32,000 bases of DNA from Schaalia meyeri (GCF_900105015.1 NZ_FNLK01000012.1:300001-332000); one strand, 5' to 3'; positions 1-10,946 are shown, numbered from the stretch's first letter. Program-made: numbers and translations. Notes: generated by a model not told the origin, from the sequence alone.

Positions 1-70
1 GGCACGCGGTTGCGATCTCGCCCTTCGTGAGGATATGATCGACGGGTCGATTCCTTCGGGACGATGAATT

Positions 71-141
71 GCGGGCGTAGTTCATCGGTAGAATGGAAGC
101 TTCCCAAGCTTCAGAGGCGGGTTCGATTCCCGTCGCCCGCT
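71..141 (+). tRNA. tRNA-Gly (anticodon CCC)
   Basis: Cloverleaf folded by hand. Acceptor stem is gcgggcg/cgcccgc. Anticodon stem is gaagc/gcttc with loop ttCCCaa. T-arm is gcggg-ttcgatt-cccgt. Length is 71 nt, and only CC of the CCA tail is encoded downstream. Confidence 0.85.
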
Positions 142-305
142 CCGCCTACTCCCCCGCCGACGATGGCGCGGTTGCTGTTTGCATGAACTCTCAGAAAAAA
201 GATCCCGGGCACGATCCGCCCACGTCAGTGCATGCGCCACGCAATGAAGACGGCTACTGGAATAGGGAGCGGGTAGAGACCGCCGCTCGTTTGCGTCGCG
301 AAACA

Positions 306-1457
<1,152 letters not shown>

Positions 1458-1482
1458 TCAGCCCCCGCCTCGTCGAGGGAGG

Positions 1483-2004
1483 TCAGCGCCCGGTACCGCC
1501 GTAAACGACGGCCTCCGTTTCGGAGGCGTCCAGGCCGAAGGCGGTGTGGACGGCCTTCACGGCGCGATCCAGGTCGTCCAGGCGCGTGACGACGGAGATA
1601 CGAATCTCGGACGTAGAAATCAGGTCGATGTTGATGCCAGCGTCGGACAGGGCGCTAAAAAGGCGGGCCGACACGCCGGGGTTGGTGCGCATGCCGACGC
1701 CAACGAGGCTGAGCTTACCGATGTTGGGGTTGTAACGCAGTTCGTTGAAGCCGATCCGGTCGCGGTGGGCCTTAAGCGCCTCGATGGCCCTGGGCGCATC
1801 TGCCTCGGGCAGGGTGAAGGTGATGTTCGCCTTCGTGGGGTCAGAGATCGGCAGGTTCTGGACGATCATGTCGATGTTGGCGCCGACTTCGGCGACGACG
1901 GCGAACACTCGGGCGGCCACGCCGGGGGTGTTGGGCACGTCGGTGACCGTGATTTTGTCCTGCGAGCGGTCGTGGGCGATGCCGGAGATGACAGGCTTTT
2001 CCAT
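1483..2004 (-). CDS. lysC: putative in-frame nested aspartokinase beta subunit (ACT-domain part)
   Basis: An internal ATG at 2004-2002 is preceded by AGGAGAA with a 6-nt spacer (forward ctcct at 2011-2015). The product would be 173 aa starting MEKPVISGIAHDRSQDKITV. This mirrors the known Corynebacterium/Mycobacterium lysC alpha/beta arrangement. Confidence 0.45.
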   Translation of the reverse strand: MEKPVISGIAHDRSQDKITVTDVPNTPGVAARVFAVVAEVGANIDMIVQNLPISDPTKANITFTLPEADAPRAIEALKAHRDRIGFNELRYNPNIGKLSLVGVGMRTNPGVSARLFSALSDAGINIDLISTSEIRISVVTRLDDLDRAVKAVHTAFGLDASETEAVVYGGTGR

Positions 2005-2799
2005 GGGGTTCTCCTGAGGGGACTGAAGGGCAACGTCGGGCACGAGGCCCATAATTTCGGGATGTGCGGGCGCATCGGAGATCCAGGTGCCGTTCTTTTC
2101 CGAAAACGAGGAGCGCACGTGCAGGGGCACTCCGTAACGGCGGGCGAACTCGACGGCCCGCAGGTGGAGGATCTTCGCGCCGTGCGCGGCCATCTCCAGG
2201 GTTTCCTCCTGCGTGAGGGTACGCAGGCGGTGGGCCTTGGGAACAATGCGCGGGTCTGCGGTAAAGAGGCCGTCGACATCGGTGTATATCTCGCACACGT
2301 CGGCGTGCAGGGCCGCGGCCAGGGCGACGGCGGTCGTGTCGGAGCCCCCGCGGCCCAGCGTCGTCACGTCGTCATCCCTGGAAATCCCCTGAAAACCGGC
2401 GACGATGGCGACCTGGCCGTCCTTGATAGCTCGGGCGACACGCTCGGGAACCATGCCGGTGATATGCGCGGCACCGAAGCGGCCGTCGGTCTGAATGCCG
2501 GCCTGGGCGCCCGTGTAGGCGTGGGCCTCGACGCCGAGCTGATTGACGGCCATGGACAGGAGAGCCATCGAGATGCGTTCACCCGCAGACAAGAGGATGT
2601 CCATTTCGCGTTCAGGCGCCTTGGGCGTGAGGGCAGCCGCCGCCTCCAGAAGGTCATCCGTCGTGTCACCCATGGCCGATACGACGACGACAACGCTGTG
2701 CCCCGCGTTGTGCGTGTCCACGATGCGCTGGGCTATGCGCTTCATGGCCCGGGTGTCGGCGACAGATGAACCGCCGTACTTTTGCACGATCAGCGCCAC
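1483..2799 (-). CDS. lysC: aspartate kinase (alpha subunit reading frame)
   Basis: The translation contains VALIVQKYGGSSV (the kinase N-terminal motif) and C-terminal ACT-type repeats. The start is trimmed to GTG at 2799, because the 26 codons upstream in the track ORF are Arg-rich and non-conserved in character. Confidence 0.9.
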   Translation of the reverse strand: MALIVQKYGGSSVADTRAMKRIAQRIVDTHNAGHSVVVVVSAMGDTTDDLLEAAAALTPKAPEREMDILLSAGERISMALLSMAVNQLGVEAHAYTGAQAGIQTDGRFGAAHITGMVPERVARAIKDGQVAIVAGFQGISRDDDVTTLGRGGSDTTAVALAAALHADVCEIYTDVDGLFTADPRIVPKAHRLRTLTQEETLEMAAHGAKILHLRAVEFARRYGVPLHVRSSFSEKNGTWISDAPAHPEIMGLVPDVALQSPQENPMEKPVISGIAHDRSQDKITVTDVPNTPGVAARVFAVVAEVGANIDMIVQNLPISDPTKANITFTLPEADAPRAIEALKAHRDRIGFNELRYNPNIGKLSLVGVGMRTNPGVSARLFSALSDAGINIDLISTSEIRISVVTRLDDLDRAVKAVHTAFGLDASETEAVVYGGTGR

Positions 2800-2925
2800 T
2801 GGCCCCTCATTTCTGTCGGTACGCGTCGATATGCGCCTTCGGGTGGCCCGCGCCACCACGACAATCCTACGGCGCATTGTCGATCACGCCCTGAATGACC
2901 ACGCTGCGGTCGGGTGAGATTGCGC

Positions 2926-2956
2926 GCGGGTGGGATTTGAGGGCGGGTGGGATTTG
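2926..2956. repeat. tandem 14-bp direct repeat gcgggtgggatttg (2926-2939 and 2943-2956), 17-bp period
   Basis: Read directly from the sequence. It lies in the intergenic region between the histidine kinase stop (3036) and the lysC start (2799). Confidence 0.6.
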
Positions 2957-3035
2957 CGCGGGGGGCAGAACGCCCCGCACCGGTGTCAAGACGGGATTCC
3001 CCGCCCGAGTGTTAAGCCCACGCCGCTGGGCCGCC

Positions 3036-4622
3036 TCAGGCGGCGGGCAACGTCACGTCAATAACGGTCCCCCGATCGGCGTCGACCAGCCGCACGGACC
3101 CTCCCATGGCGCGCGCCAGCGACTCGACGATCGACATCCCCAGCCCCGAAGACCCGCGGCCATCGCGCGTACGTGAGGAATCTCCGCGCACGAAACGATC
3201 AAAAACCCGCTCGCGAATGTCAGCCGGAATGCCCGGCCCGTCATCCGCGATCCGAATCGTGACCATCGACGAGGCCGGGGCGGCCTCCCCCGACCGCGCG
3301 TGAGAGGCGGCGGACTCGGGCAGCTTCTCCCCGCTATCCGCGCCGCGCGCGATCACGGAAACGACGACGCGCGTGCCCGCGGGCGTGTGAACCCGCGCGT
3401 TCGCCAGGAGATTCGTGAGGATCTGCCGCAGCGCGACCTCGTCTCCCAGCACCGGTGCGTCGGCCGCCTCGCCCAGCTCCCACACGTGGTCGGGGGCCAC
3501 CACGTGCGCGTCTAACAGGGCATCCAAGATCAGAGGCACCACGTCAACACGGTCGCTGGCCAGCGCACGATCGCCGTCCATGCGCGCCAGGATCAGCATC
3601 TCCTCCACCAGGGACGCCATGCGCGCCCCCTCCGACGAGATGCGTTCGAGCGCCTGCGTCCGGGAGGCCTCGTCGATATCGCGGCGCGCCAGCTGCGCGT
3701 ACCCCTGCACGGAGGCCAGCGGCGTGCGCAGCTCGTGGGAGGCATCGGCCACGAACTGCCGCAGCTTCTCCTCGCTGCGGGCGCGCCGCTCCATGCCGTC
3801 CTCTACGGCATCGATCATGGCGTTCAAGGCTCCACCCACCTCGGCAACCTCAACGGGGCCGCTGATCGCCTCCTCACCGACGCGACTCAGATCCCTGGCA
3901 TCGTCAGCCAGGTCGCGGCGCGCGATGTCCGCGGCCGCCTCGCGCACCACGCCAAGGGGGCGCAGCTCGCGGCGCACCCACATGCGCCCGATCAAGCCCG
4001 CAGCGAGCGCGACGAACAGGGACAGGCCCAGCTCCACCACGACGAGCATCGCGGTCACGTCGTCCACGCTGTCGATCTGGCGGCCCACGAGCACGGTCTT
4101 TTCATCGCGGACCCGGGCGCTCACACGGAAGGTACCCCAGCCCTTCAACCGCACCGTGTGGGGGCGGTCGTCCGCGGGCACATCGGCCAGGACCGCCAGC
4201 GCCTGGGAATCGAGGTAGTGCACCGTGAAGTTCGCGATGATCGCGCCGACCGCCTTGCCTTCCTCCCTGACGTATTGGAGGGTGCCGTCCGCGATGCCGG
4301 GTCCACCAAAGCCCGGGCCAGGGGGAGTCGCGGGTCCACCGGGGAGGATCGGTCTGCCGCGAGGAGCGTTCCGTCCCGCCGACTGAGCGGGCTCCTCGGG
4401 GTCACCGTCATCATCGCCGTCTTTGTCGTCATCGTCCGTGTCCTCGAGATCCGGATGCTCGGCGGCGCGCTGCGACAGGCGGTGCAGTTCGGAATCCACG
4501 TCCGCCAGCATCCACGAGCGCATCACCAGCGTGGAAGCCGCCACCATGACCGCCAGTGCCAGGGCGACGCACACTGCGAGCACGCGGGAGAGGCGCCCGG
4601 ACAGGGAGGGACGGCGCTTCAC
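3036..4622 (-). CDS. sensor histidine kinase (two TM helices, HAMP, HisKA, HATPase_c)
   Basis: Contains the H-box FVADASHELRTPL, an N-box LLANARVHTP, and G-boxes DDGPGIP and GSSGLGMSIV. The start is assigned to GTG at 4622, overlapping the regulator stop as GTGA. The extracytoplasmic loop carries an acidic run, DTDDDDKDGDDDGDPEE. Confidence 0.9.
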   Translation of the reverse strand: MKRRPSLSGRLSRVLAVCVALALAVMVAASTLVMRSWMLADVDSELHRLSQRAAEHPDLEDTDDDDKDGDDDGDPEEPAQSAGRNAPRGRPILPGGPATPPGPGFGGPGIADGTLQYVREEGKAVGAIIANFTVHYLDSQALAVLADVPADDRPHTVRLKGWGTFRVSARVRDEKTVLVGRQIDSVDDVTAMLVVVELGLSLFVALAAGLIGRMWVRRELRPLGVVREAAADIARRDLADDARDLSRVGEEAISGPVEVAEVGGALNAMIDAVEDGMERRARSEEKLRQFVADASHELRTPLASVQGYAQLARRDIDEASRTQALERISSEGARMASLVEEMLILARMDGDRALASDRVDVVPLILDALLDAHVVAPDHVWELGEAADAPVLGDEVALRQILTNLLANARVHTPAGTRVVVSVIARGADSGEKLPESAASHARSGEAAPASSMVTIRIADDGPGIPADIRERVFDRFVRGDSSRTRDGRGSSGLGMSIVESLARAMGGSVRLVDADRGTVIDVTLPAA

Positions 4623-5329
4623 TGGGGTTCCCTCATGATGTAACCGGCGCCCCGCACCGTGCGAATCAGGGCGGGGCACCCCGCGTCGACCTTCTTGCGC
4701 AGGTACGAAATGTACAGCTCGACCACGTTGACCTGGCCGCCGAAGTCATAGCTCCACACGGCGTCCAGAATCTTTTGCTTCGACAGTACGATCCCAACGT
4801 TTTCCATGAGGTATCGGAGCAATTCGAACTCGGTGTTCGTCAGCGTGATATTCTTCCCGCCGCGGCTCACGTCGTGCGACTCCAGGTTGAGCGTCAGATC
4901 CGCGACCGTCAGCACTGTGGAACGCGCCTGCCGGATGTACCCGGCGCGACGCAACAGGGCCTGCACGCGGGCCGCCACCTCGTCCAGGTCGAAGGGCTTC
5001 GTCACGTAGTCGTCCGCGCCTGCGCGCAGCCCCGACACGCGATCCGCGACCGCGTCGCGGGCCGTCAGGAACAGGACCGGCAGCTGCGGATCACGAGCGC
5101 GCAGACGCTCCAGGGTTTCCATTCCGTCCATGCGCGGCATCTGCACGTCGAGGATCACGACGTTCGGGCGGAAGCTCGCGGCCTTCGACAGCGCGTCCAA
5201 CCCGTCCGTAGCCGTCGCCGTCTCCCAGCCCTCGTGGCGCAGAGCCTGGGACAGTAGATCCGCCAGCATCGCCTCGTCGTCAACGACCAGCACGCGGGGC
5301 AGGTCGCTTTTCTCCTGCGTCACCATCAC
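4619..5329 (-). CDS. OmpR/PhoB-family response regulator
   Basis: Has a receiver domain (VLVVDDE ... ILDVQMPRMDG) and a C-terminal winged-helix trans_reg_C domain (LTNTEFELLRYL ... IRTVRGAGY). It is translationally coupled to the downstream kinase. Confidence 0.93.
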   Translation of the reverse strand: MMVTQEKSDLPRVLVVDDEAMLADLLSQALRHEGWETATATDGLDALSKAASFRPNVVILDVQMPRMDGMETLERLRARDPQLPVLFLTARDAVADRVSGLRAGADDYVTKPFDLDEVAARVQALLRRAGYIRQARSTVLTVADLTLNLESHDVSRGGKNITLTNTEFELLRYLMENVGIVLSKQKILDAVWSYDFGGQVNVVELYISYLRKKVDAGCPALIRTVRGAGYIMREPQ

Positions 5330-5460
5330 GGACTCCTCATCTGTCGGGGCACTGCGGTTACGATTGTGGCATACCCTTTGAGGCGGCGGCCTCCATCCGC
5401 CGCGGCGTCATGCGTCGCATCGGGAGCGCGGCCCCGCCACGGCATCGCAAAGCGGGCCCG

Positions 5461-6054
5461 CTAGAGGCGGCGTCGCCCCTCCAGGGCGCGCCCCAGCGTC
5501 ACGGAATCCGCGTATTCCAGGTCCCCGCCCATCGGCAGGCCCATCGCCAGGCGCGACGTTTCCACGCCCATTGTCGAAAGCATGCGCGCGAGGTAGGCGG
5601 CCGTGGCCTCTCCCTCGACGTTCGGGTTTGTCGCCAGGATGACCTCGGTGACCGTTCCGTCCGCCAGGCGGCTCATGAGGGACGCGATGTTCAGCTGGTC
5701 CGGGCCCACCCCGTGGATCGGGTCGATCACGCCGCCCAGGACGTGGTAGCGCCCCCGGAACACGCGCGCGCCCTCGATGGCCTGGATGTCCTTCGGTTCC
5801 TGCACGACGCAGATCGCGCCGGGGTCGCGCCGAACGTCCCGGCAGATGGAACACTGGTCCTCTTCCGTCAGATTCCCGCAGACATCGCAGTGGCGGACGC
5901 GGCCACGCACGGCGTTGATCGCCTCCACCAGGCGCGCGACCTCTTCGGGTTCCGCATCCAGGACGTGCATCGCCATGCGCTGGGCGGACTTCGGGCCGAT
6001 GCCGGGCAGCTGGCCGAATTGGTCGATCAGGTCCGCCAGAGCGCCGTCGTACAT
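5461..6054 (-). CDS. recR: recombination protein RecR
   Basis: 197 aa. Contains [20 protein letters not shown] (helix-hairpin-helix), a C4 zinc finger CDVCGNL...CSICRD, and a Toprim region. The ATG lies 1 nt after the dnaX stop, with GAGGGAGGG upstream. Confidence 0.95.
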   Translation of the reverse strand: MYDGALADLIDQFGQLPGIGPKSAQRMAMHVLDAEPEEVARLVEAINAVRGRVRHCDVCGNLTEEDQCSICRDVRRDPGAICVVQEPKDIQAIEGARVFRGRYHVLGGVIDPIHGVGPDQLNIASLMSRLADGTVTEVILATNPNVEGEATAAYLARMLSTMGVETSRLAMGLPMGGDLEYADSVTLGRALEGRRRL

Positions 6055-6055
6055 G

Positions 6056-8929
6056 TCAGTACCCTCCCTCGGTCATCTTCTCTTCGATGACGCGTCCGCC
6101 CAGGATTTCCAGGACCGCGGCCAGGCCGATCGTCTGCGAGTTCTCAATGTTGTCATCGTCGATGCTGGCGCTGTCATCGTCCGCGGCGTGGGTGCGGTCG
6201 CCCGCAGTCTCGCGCCGTGCCTCGTCGCGCTGTGCCGCATCGCGCAGGGCCGCCTCCGCTGCGGCCCGTCCGGCCAGGGGCGCATCCGGTGATTCGTCCG
6301 CTCGATCCGATTCGCTGGGTCCATCGGGCCTCTTCGGGGCGCTCGGCTGCGCCGGCTGCGGGGCTGATGCCAGCCAGGCCGGTGCCTGACCGGAGGCCGG
6401 GGCCTGGCCGGATGGCGGGGTCGACACGACCGGGGTCGCCGTGGCTCCGCCAGCTTCTAACGGCCCGGGTGAGCCCGCGCCCTCGTCGAAGGACACCGAG
6501 GCGCCACCAGTGGGGAGCGGATCGCCCCAGCCCGTCGGGGCGACGGGGGCGTTGGCCGAGGCTTCGATAGGCGCGTCGTCAAAGACCGGACCCGAGGCCG
6601 GTTCCGCCTTTGGCCCCGGCTGCGCGGGCGCGTCACCCGGCTCCGGGTCGCCCGGGTACCAAAAGACGGTAAAGGAACGCTTACGGGGCGTCGCGGGCGC
6701 ATCAGGGCGCGACGCGTCGCCGTGCGGTTCCTGGGCGCCTGGTTCCCGAGCGGGCGTTTTTGCGCGCGCCCGGGCGGGTTCTTTTGGCAGGGCGGCAGTG
6801 GGGGCATCGGCCCCGGGGGGCCCAGCATCGCCGCGTGCCCCGAGGGGGTCGGGCGGCGGGGCGCTTAGGGCGCTCGGCGCCTCGTGGCGGATGGGTGCCA
6901 CCATCGCAGGCTCAGGCCACGCGGTCTCTTTCGGCTCGGGCTGCGGCGCGCGCGCAGGGGACGGCCACGATTCGGGCTGCGGCGCGGGTTCATCGGGGTG
7001 TGCCGCCTGCGCGGCGGCCTGATCAAAAGGGGGCGGCTCCGACACCCAGCCGCCGGGCTGGGACGGACGAGCCGCGCCTCCAGAATGTGAGGCCTGAGCC
7101 GAGGGGCCCGTGGTCGCCGGGCCGCCCGACGCCTGGCCCACCTGGGCGGAAACGCTCACGCCCAGGCCGGTGACCTCTCGGATCGCCTTCTCGACGTCGG
7201 CGCCGCGCGACCCTCGCGCGAAAGCGCTGACCATGGCCTCGACGGGGAAGAGGAGGACCACGCTGGAGCCGTCGACGGCCCCCAGCTGCGCGTTGCCTCC
7301 GACCATCGACCACGTGACGCGACTGATGGACGCCAGGCGCTCCACGACCTCGTTCCAGCGGCCGCGCAGCATGTCGGCGTCACGCCCCCCGGCGGTTTGC
7401 GCCGCGGGGGTGCTGGGGCGCTCAGAAATGGGTGCATCGGGGCGGGAAGGCTCGGGGTGCTCCTGGCCGCGCGAGGGTGTCGCCTCGGGGCTCCGGGCCG
7501 GTGCGCCAGCGGGCGTCTCAGGCGCAAAGGCCTGAGATGCCCGCTGCGTCGCCGCATCTTCTAGGGCCTGGGGGTGCGGGCGTGAGGCGGACCAATCCGG
7601 CACGCCGCCCCGCGCGGACACATCCTGCGCGGAGCCTGTGGGGATCGTTGCCTCCGCCGCGGGGGCCAATTCCTGGGCGCGCTCCTGCTTCTTGCGCGCC
7701 AGGGCCTCGCGAGCCTCGCGCGCACCAAAACGCCCCGATGATTCTGGGGGCGGCGCAGGGTGAGCTTCGCGCGGCGCACCGCCGCCCGTCATCCCGACCG
7801 TTCCCGGTACGGGGGCCTGCGCGGGAGCGGGGGTCGGCACGAGGATGCGCCCCACCAGAAGCTCCAGCTGCAACCGGGGCGAGGTGGCCCCCGTCATGGC
7901 GCGCAGGGCCTCGTCCGTCAGGTCTGCCGCCCGCGACAGGCCGTGAGGCCCCCAGTTCTGTGCCTGGCGCTGCATGCGCTCGAACTGGTCCGAGGGGGCG
8001 TCCGCCAGCACGTCGCGCGCCCCGTCGCCGGCGACGGCGATGATCAGCAGGTCGCGCAGGCGCTGCAGCAGGTCCTCAACGAAGCGGCGCGGGTCGTGTC
8101 CGGACTCGACCATGCGCTCGACGACGCGGAAAGCCGCGGCCCCGTCCCCACCGGCCAGGGCGTCGACGGACTGGTCCAGCAGCGCCGAATCCGTGTACCC
8201 CAGCAGCGCGACGGCCATCCGATAGGGAACCTGGCCGTCGACCGCGCCCGCCATCAGCTGATCCAGCACCGACAGGGTATCGCGCACCGAGCCCCCGCCC
8301 GCGCGCATCACCAGCGGCAGGACGCCCTCGCCGACACGAACGCGTTCCTCCTGGCACAGGGTGGTCAGGTAGGGACCCAACACGTCCGGTGGCACCAGGC
8401 GGAACGGATAGTGATGGGTACGCGATCGAATCGTGCCGATCACGCGCTCCGGTTCCGTCGTGGCGAATACAAACTTCACGTGCTCGGGCGGCTCCTCAAC
8501 CAGCTTGAGCAACGCGTTGAACCCCTGGTTCGTAACCATGTGGGCCTCGTCGATGATGAAAATCTTGTGGCGGTCCCTCACCGGCGCGAAGGTCGCCCGC
8601 TCGCGCAGGTCGCGCGCATCGTCCACACCGCCGTGTGACGCGGCATCGATTTCCACCACGTCCAGCGAACCCGGGCCACCCGTCGCCAGCTCCCGGCACG
8701 ATTCGCACTGGCCGCAGGGCCTGTCCGTGGGGCCCTGCGCGCAATTCAGGCAGCGCGCCAAAATGCGCGCCGACGTGGTCTTGCCGCACCCGCGCGGACC
8801 CGAGAACAGGTAGGCGTGCGTCACACGATTCGCCTGCAGCGCCGCCTTGAGCGGCTCCGTCACGTGTTCCTGGCCGATCACCTGGTCGAAGGTGTCGGGG
8901 CGATACCGGCGATACAAAGCAGTGGTCAC
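6056..8929 (-). CDS. dnaX: DNA polymerase III subunit gamma/tau with very long Pro/Ala/Gly-rich low-complexity regions
   Basis: The N-terminus carries [19 protein letters not shown], Walker [10 protein letters not shown], a CxxC zinc module and Walker [10 protein letters not shown]. The C-terminus [17 protein letters not shown] is typical of actinobacterial DnaX. The start is set by homology at GTG 8929; the longest ORF begins at 8986. The start is uncertain because the SD spacing is poor. Confidence 0.9.
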   Translation of the reverse strand: MTTALYRRYRPDTFDQVIGQEHVTEPLKAALQANRVTHAYLFSGPRGCGKTTSARILARCLNCAQGPTDRPCGQCESCRELATGGPGSLDVVEIDAASHGGVDDARDLRERATFAPVRDRHKIFIIDEAHMVTNQGFNALLKLVEEPPEHVKFVFATTEPERVIGTIRSRTHHYPFRLVPPDVLGPYLTTLCQEERVRVGEGVLPLVMRAGGGSVRDTLSVLDQLMAGAVDGQVPYRMAVALLGYTDSALLDQSVDALAGGDGAAAFRVVERMVESGHDPRRFVEDLLQRLRDLLIIAVAGDGARDVLADAPSDQFERMQRQAQNWGPHGLSRAADLTDEALRAMTGATSPRLQLELLVGRILVPTPAPAQAPVPGTVGMTGGGAPREAHPAPPPESSGRFGAREAREALARKKQERAQELAPAAEATIPTGSAQDVSARGGVPDWSASRPHPQALEDAATQRASQAFAPETPAGAPARSPEATPSRGQEHPEPSRPDAPISERPSTPAAQTAGGRDADMLRGRWNEVVERLASISRVTWSMVGGNAQLGAVDGSSVVLLFPVEAMVSAFARGSRGADVEKAIREVTGLGVSVSAQVGQASGGPATTGPSAQASHSGGAARPSQPGGWVSEPPPFDQAAAQAAHPDEPAPQPESWPSPARAPQPEPKETAWPEPAMVAPIRHEAPSALSAPPPDPLGARGDAGPPGADAPTAALPKEPARARAKTPAREPGAQEPHGDASRPDAPATPRKRSFTVFWYPGDPEPGDAPAQPGPKAEPASGPVFDDAPIEASANAPVAPTGWGDPLPTGGASVSFDEGAGSPGPLEAGGATATPVVSTPPSGQAPASGQAPAWLASAPQPAQPSAPKRPDGPSESDRADESPDAPLAGRAAAEAALRDAAQRDEARRETAGDRTHAADDDSASIDDDNIENSQTIGLAAVLEILGGRVIEEKMTEGGY

Positions 8930-9039
8930 CCCTCCAGGGTAGTGGGTGCCGTCCCCGTTTGCGTGCCGCCTCACCCGTGGTGACACTTACGAAACCCCAC
9001 GCCGCGCCCCGCCGGTGCAGGCGCCGCGCCGACCGGTCC

Positions 9040-9708
9040 CTATAGGAGGCGCCCATCCTCCATGGTGAAGCTGCGATCCGCATACCCCTGCGCTTCGCGT
9101 TCGTGCGTGACGATCAGGACGCCCGCCCCCCGGTCGGCCACCTCGCGCAGCAGACGAAGAACCACCGTCGCATTGTCGCTGTCGAGGCCGGCCGTCGGTT
9201 CGTCGGCAAGCACGATGCGGGGGCTCATGAGGAGCGCGCGGGCAATGGCCATGCGGCGCAGCTCGCCCCCCGAGAGTTCGTTCGGCCTGGCGTCAGCCAG
9301 CTCTAACAGTCCCACCGTCCCAAGCAGTTCTTCGGCTCGCTCCCGCGGCAAATCCCCCGTGCTGTACAGCACGGATGGGAGCAGAACGTTCTCCGATACG
9401 GTCAGGCTGCGCAGTGCCGTGTGCCCCTGCGGCACAAAGCCGATCATCTGATTCCTCAGCCGCGCAAGCTCCCCGTCTGGCATCGCGTACAGGTCCGCCC
9501 CCTCAACGGTGACGGTTCCGCGGGTCGGGGTGAGCATCCCGGCCAGCATATTGAGCAGCGTGCTCTTGCCGCTGCCGGAATGCCCGGTGATCACCGTCAG
9601 CTGCTTCGCGTCCAGCCCAAGGTCCAGCGGGTGCACCGCGGTGAAACACCTGTTTCCCCTGCGCGCGCGCGGAAAGTCCTTCGTGACCCCCTTTGCCTCA
9701 ATGAGCAT
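9040..9708 (-). CDS. ABC transporter ATP-binding protein (MacB/LolD/FtsE-like)
   Basis: Contains Walker A GHSGSGKST, signature LSGGELRR, Walker B VLADEPT and an H-loop VTHE. The ATG lies 1 nt after the upstream permease stop (TGAcATG). Confidence 0.92.
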   Translation of the reverse strand: MLIEAKGVTKDFPRARRGNRCFTAVHPLDLGLDAKQLTVITGHSGSGKSTLLNMLAGMLTPTRGTVTVEGADLYAMPDGELARLRNQMIGFVPQGHTALRSLTVSENVLLPSVLYSTGDLPRERAEELLGTVGLLELADARPNELSGGELRRMAIARALLMSPRIVLADEPTAGLDSDNATVVLRLLREVADRGAGVLIVTHEREAQGYADRSFTMEDGRLL

Positions 9709-9709
9709 G

Positions 9710-10918
9710 TCATTCCCCTTCCTGTAGCAGCAGGCTCGCGTCCATCGCCTTCACGCATCTCACCGACACGGCAGACGACGTCAGTGCGACGACACCCATC
9801 GAAACCAGTGACGCCAGCGCCAGCAGGGCCATCGTGGCGATCGACGGGATGAGGAATCCGACACCGATGGTCTGGCGGACCAGGCCGGCGAAGGAAGCAA
9901 TCAGGACCCCGGAGACGATGATGCCCGCCACGCTGCCGATGGCATTGACCGTGACCGCCTCGCGGACGATGATCCCAGACACCAGGGACCGGCGAGCTCC
10001 GACCATGATCAGCGAGGCAAACTCGCGTCTCCTCTCGATGATCATCATGACAAAGATCAAGGTGATCATCCACAGGCCCACAATCCACACAACGGCGATG
10101 AGCACCGCGACCGTGCGCGACGTCGCGTTGAGGGTTTTCGCGATGCCACTCACCATGTTTTTCGAGGTCGTCACGCTGACCCCGCCCACGCGTTCCTCAA
10201 TGTCAGCGGCCACTCGTTCGATGTCGTGGCCGGGCTTGACCTTGACCATGACCGAAGAGATGATGTTGCCGCTATCCAGATCCGTGTACTTATTGAGCCC
10301 CTTGTTCAGCGAGGAGTCGATCAGGGTCTTTGCGGTATCGAAGTTCATGTACACGGCGTTGTCGAGCGTCGATCCGGTCGGAGCGAACTGTCCGACCACG
10401 CGGAGCCTATTTCCAAAGAGTTGGAAGTTGCTGGTGTCGTACACGGTCACATTGGCGCCGACAATGGCCTCCATGTGTCCGAGCTGGGAGGATCCCACCG
10501 TGTCCGCGATCCACGGTTGGACGGTGAAATCGCTGCTCGGATCAAAGGCGATCACCTGATAGCGACCCGAACAGCAACTCGCGCGGGCCGAGGCCAGGAA
10601 TAGTTGGGGCGAAGCGGCCTCGACTCCCTCGACGGCAGCGACGCGCTCGCGCATGCTCGCTTCCATGTAGAAATAGGAGGGTTCCGTGTGAACCAGAAAG
10701 TCCTGCGCGTTAAAGTCCGCGCCGGCGTCTTTCGGCGTGACCATGATGTCGGCGCCCAAGCGCGACTCAACCGTTTTCAGTCCCCGCTCGATCCCCTGAA
10801 CGATCATGGTTCCGCCGAAGATCGTCATCGTCACCAGCATGGAGAACACTATCAGGGTCCCCGTCCGCACGGGGTACCCGCGCAGGTTCATCCACGGCAG
10901 TCGCGCCAGCGACAGCAT
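9710..10918 (-). CDS. FtsX/MacB-type ABC permease, paralog 1 (large extracytoplasmic domain between TM1 and TM2)
   Basis: 402 aa. It has an N-terminal TM helix, then an extracytoplasmic domain of about 230 aa (RLGADIMVTP, VIAFDPSSDF, GSTLDNAVYMNFDTA, and an ASCCSG motif), then three C-terminal TM helices. A strong SD, GAGGAGGAG, precedes the ATG at 10918. Confidence 0.85.
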   Translation of the reverse strand: MLSLARLPWMNLRGYPVRTGTLIVFSMLVTMTIFGGTMIVQGIERGLKTVESRLGADIMVTPKDAGADFNAQDFLVHTEPSYFYMEASMRERVAAVEGVEAASPQLFLASARASCCSGRYQVIAFDPSSDFTVQPWIADTVGSSQLGHMEAIVGANVTVYDTSNFQLFGNRLRVVGQFAPTGSTLDNAVYMNFDTAKTLIDSSLNKGLNKYTDLDSGNIISSVMVKVKPGHDIERVAADIEERVGGVSVTTSKNMVSGIAKTLNATSRTVAVLIAVVWIVGLWMITLIFVMMIIERRREFASLIMVGARRSLVSGIIVREAVTVNAIGSVAGIIVSGVLIASFAGLVRQTIGVGFLIPSIATMALLALASLVSMGVVALTSSAVSVRCVKAMDASLLLQEGE

Positions 10919-10946
10919 GTTCTTACTCCTCCTCTATCGGTGATGC

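Noticed and set aside
1-70. Possible 3' part of another tRNA upstream of tRNA-Gly (gggtcgattcc resembles a T-arm).
   Set aside because: I could not fold a consistent acceptor and T-stem, and the window edge truncates any upstream part.
6056-8929. Programmed frameshift or slippery site producing a gamma subunit from dnaX.
   Set aside because: There is no A-AAA-AAG-type heptamer. Only short A or T runs are present (for example gcaaaaacg near 6750 and cccccttttg near 7021). They lie far downstream of the domain III boundary and have no obvious stimulatory structure.
8990-8998. The 9-mer cgaaacccc is shared between the left flank (8990-8998) and right flank (13599-13607) of the low-GC operon, as possible att-like direct repeats.
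   Set aside because: It is only 9 bp in GC-rich flanks. My rough estimate of chance occurrence between two 100-200-nt segments is not negligible, on the order of several percent or more. No integrase or transposase gene is present.
8930-9039. Possible SRP (4.5S/ffs) RNA upstream of dnaX, as found in many bacteria.
   Set aside because: Neither strand contains the conserved GGAAG...AGCAG domain IV motif (for example AGGUCCGGAAGGAAGCAGC). An Infernal scan would be needed to be certain.
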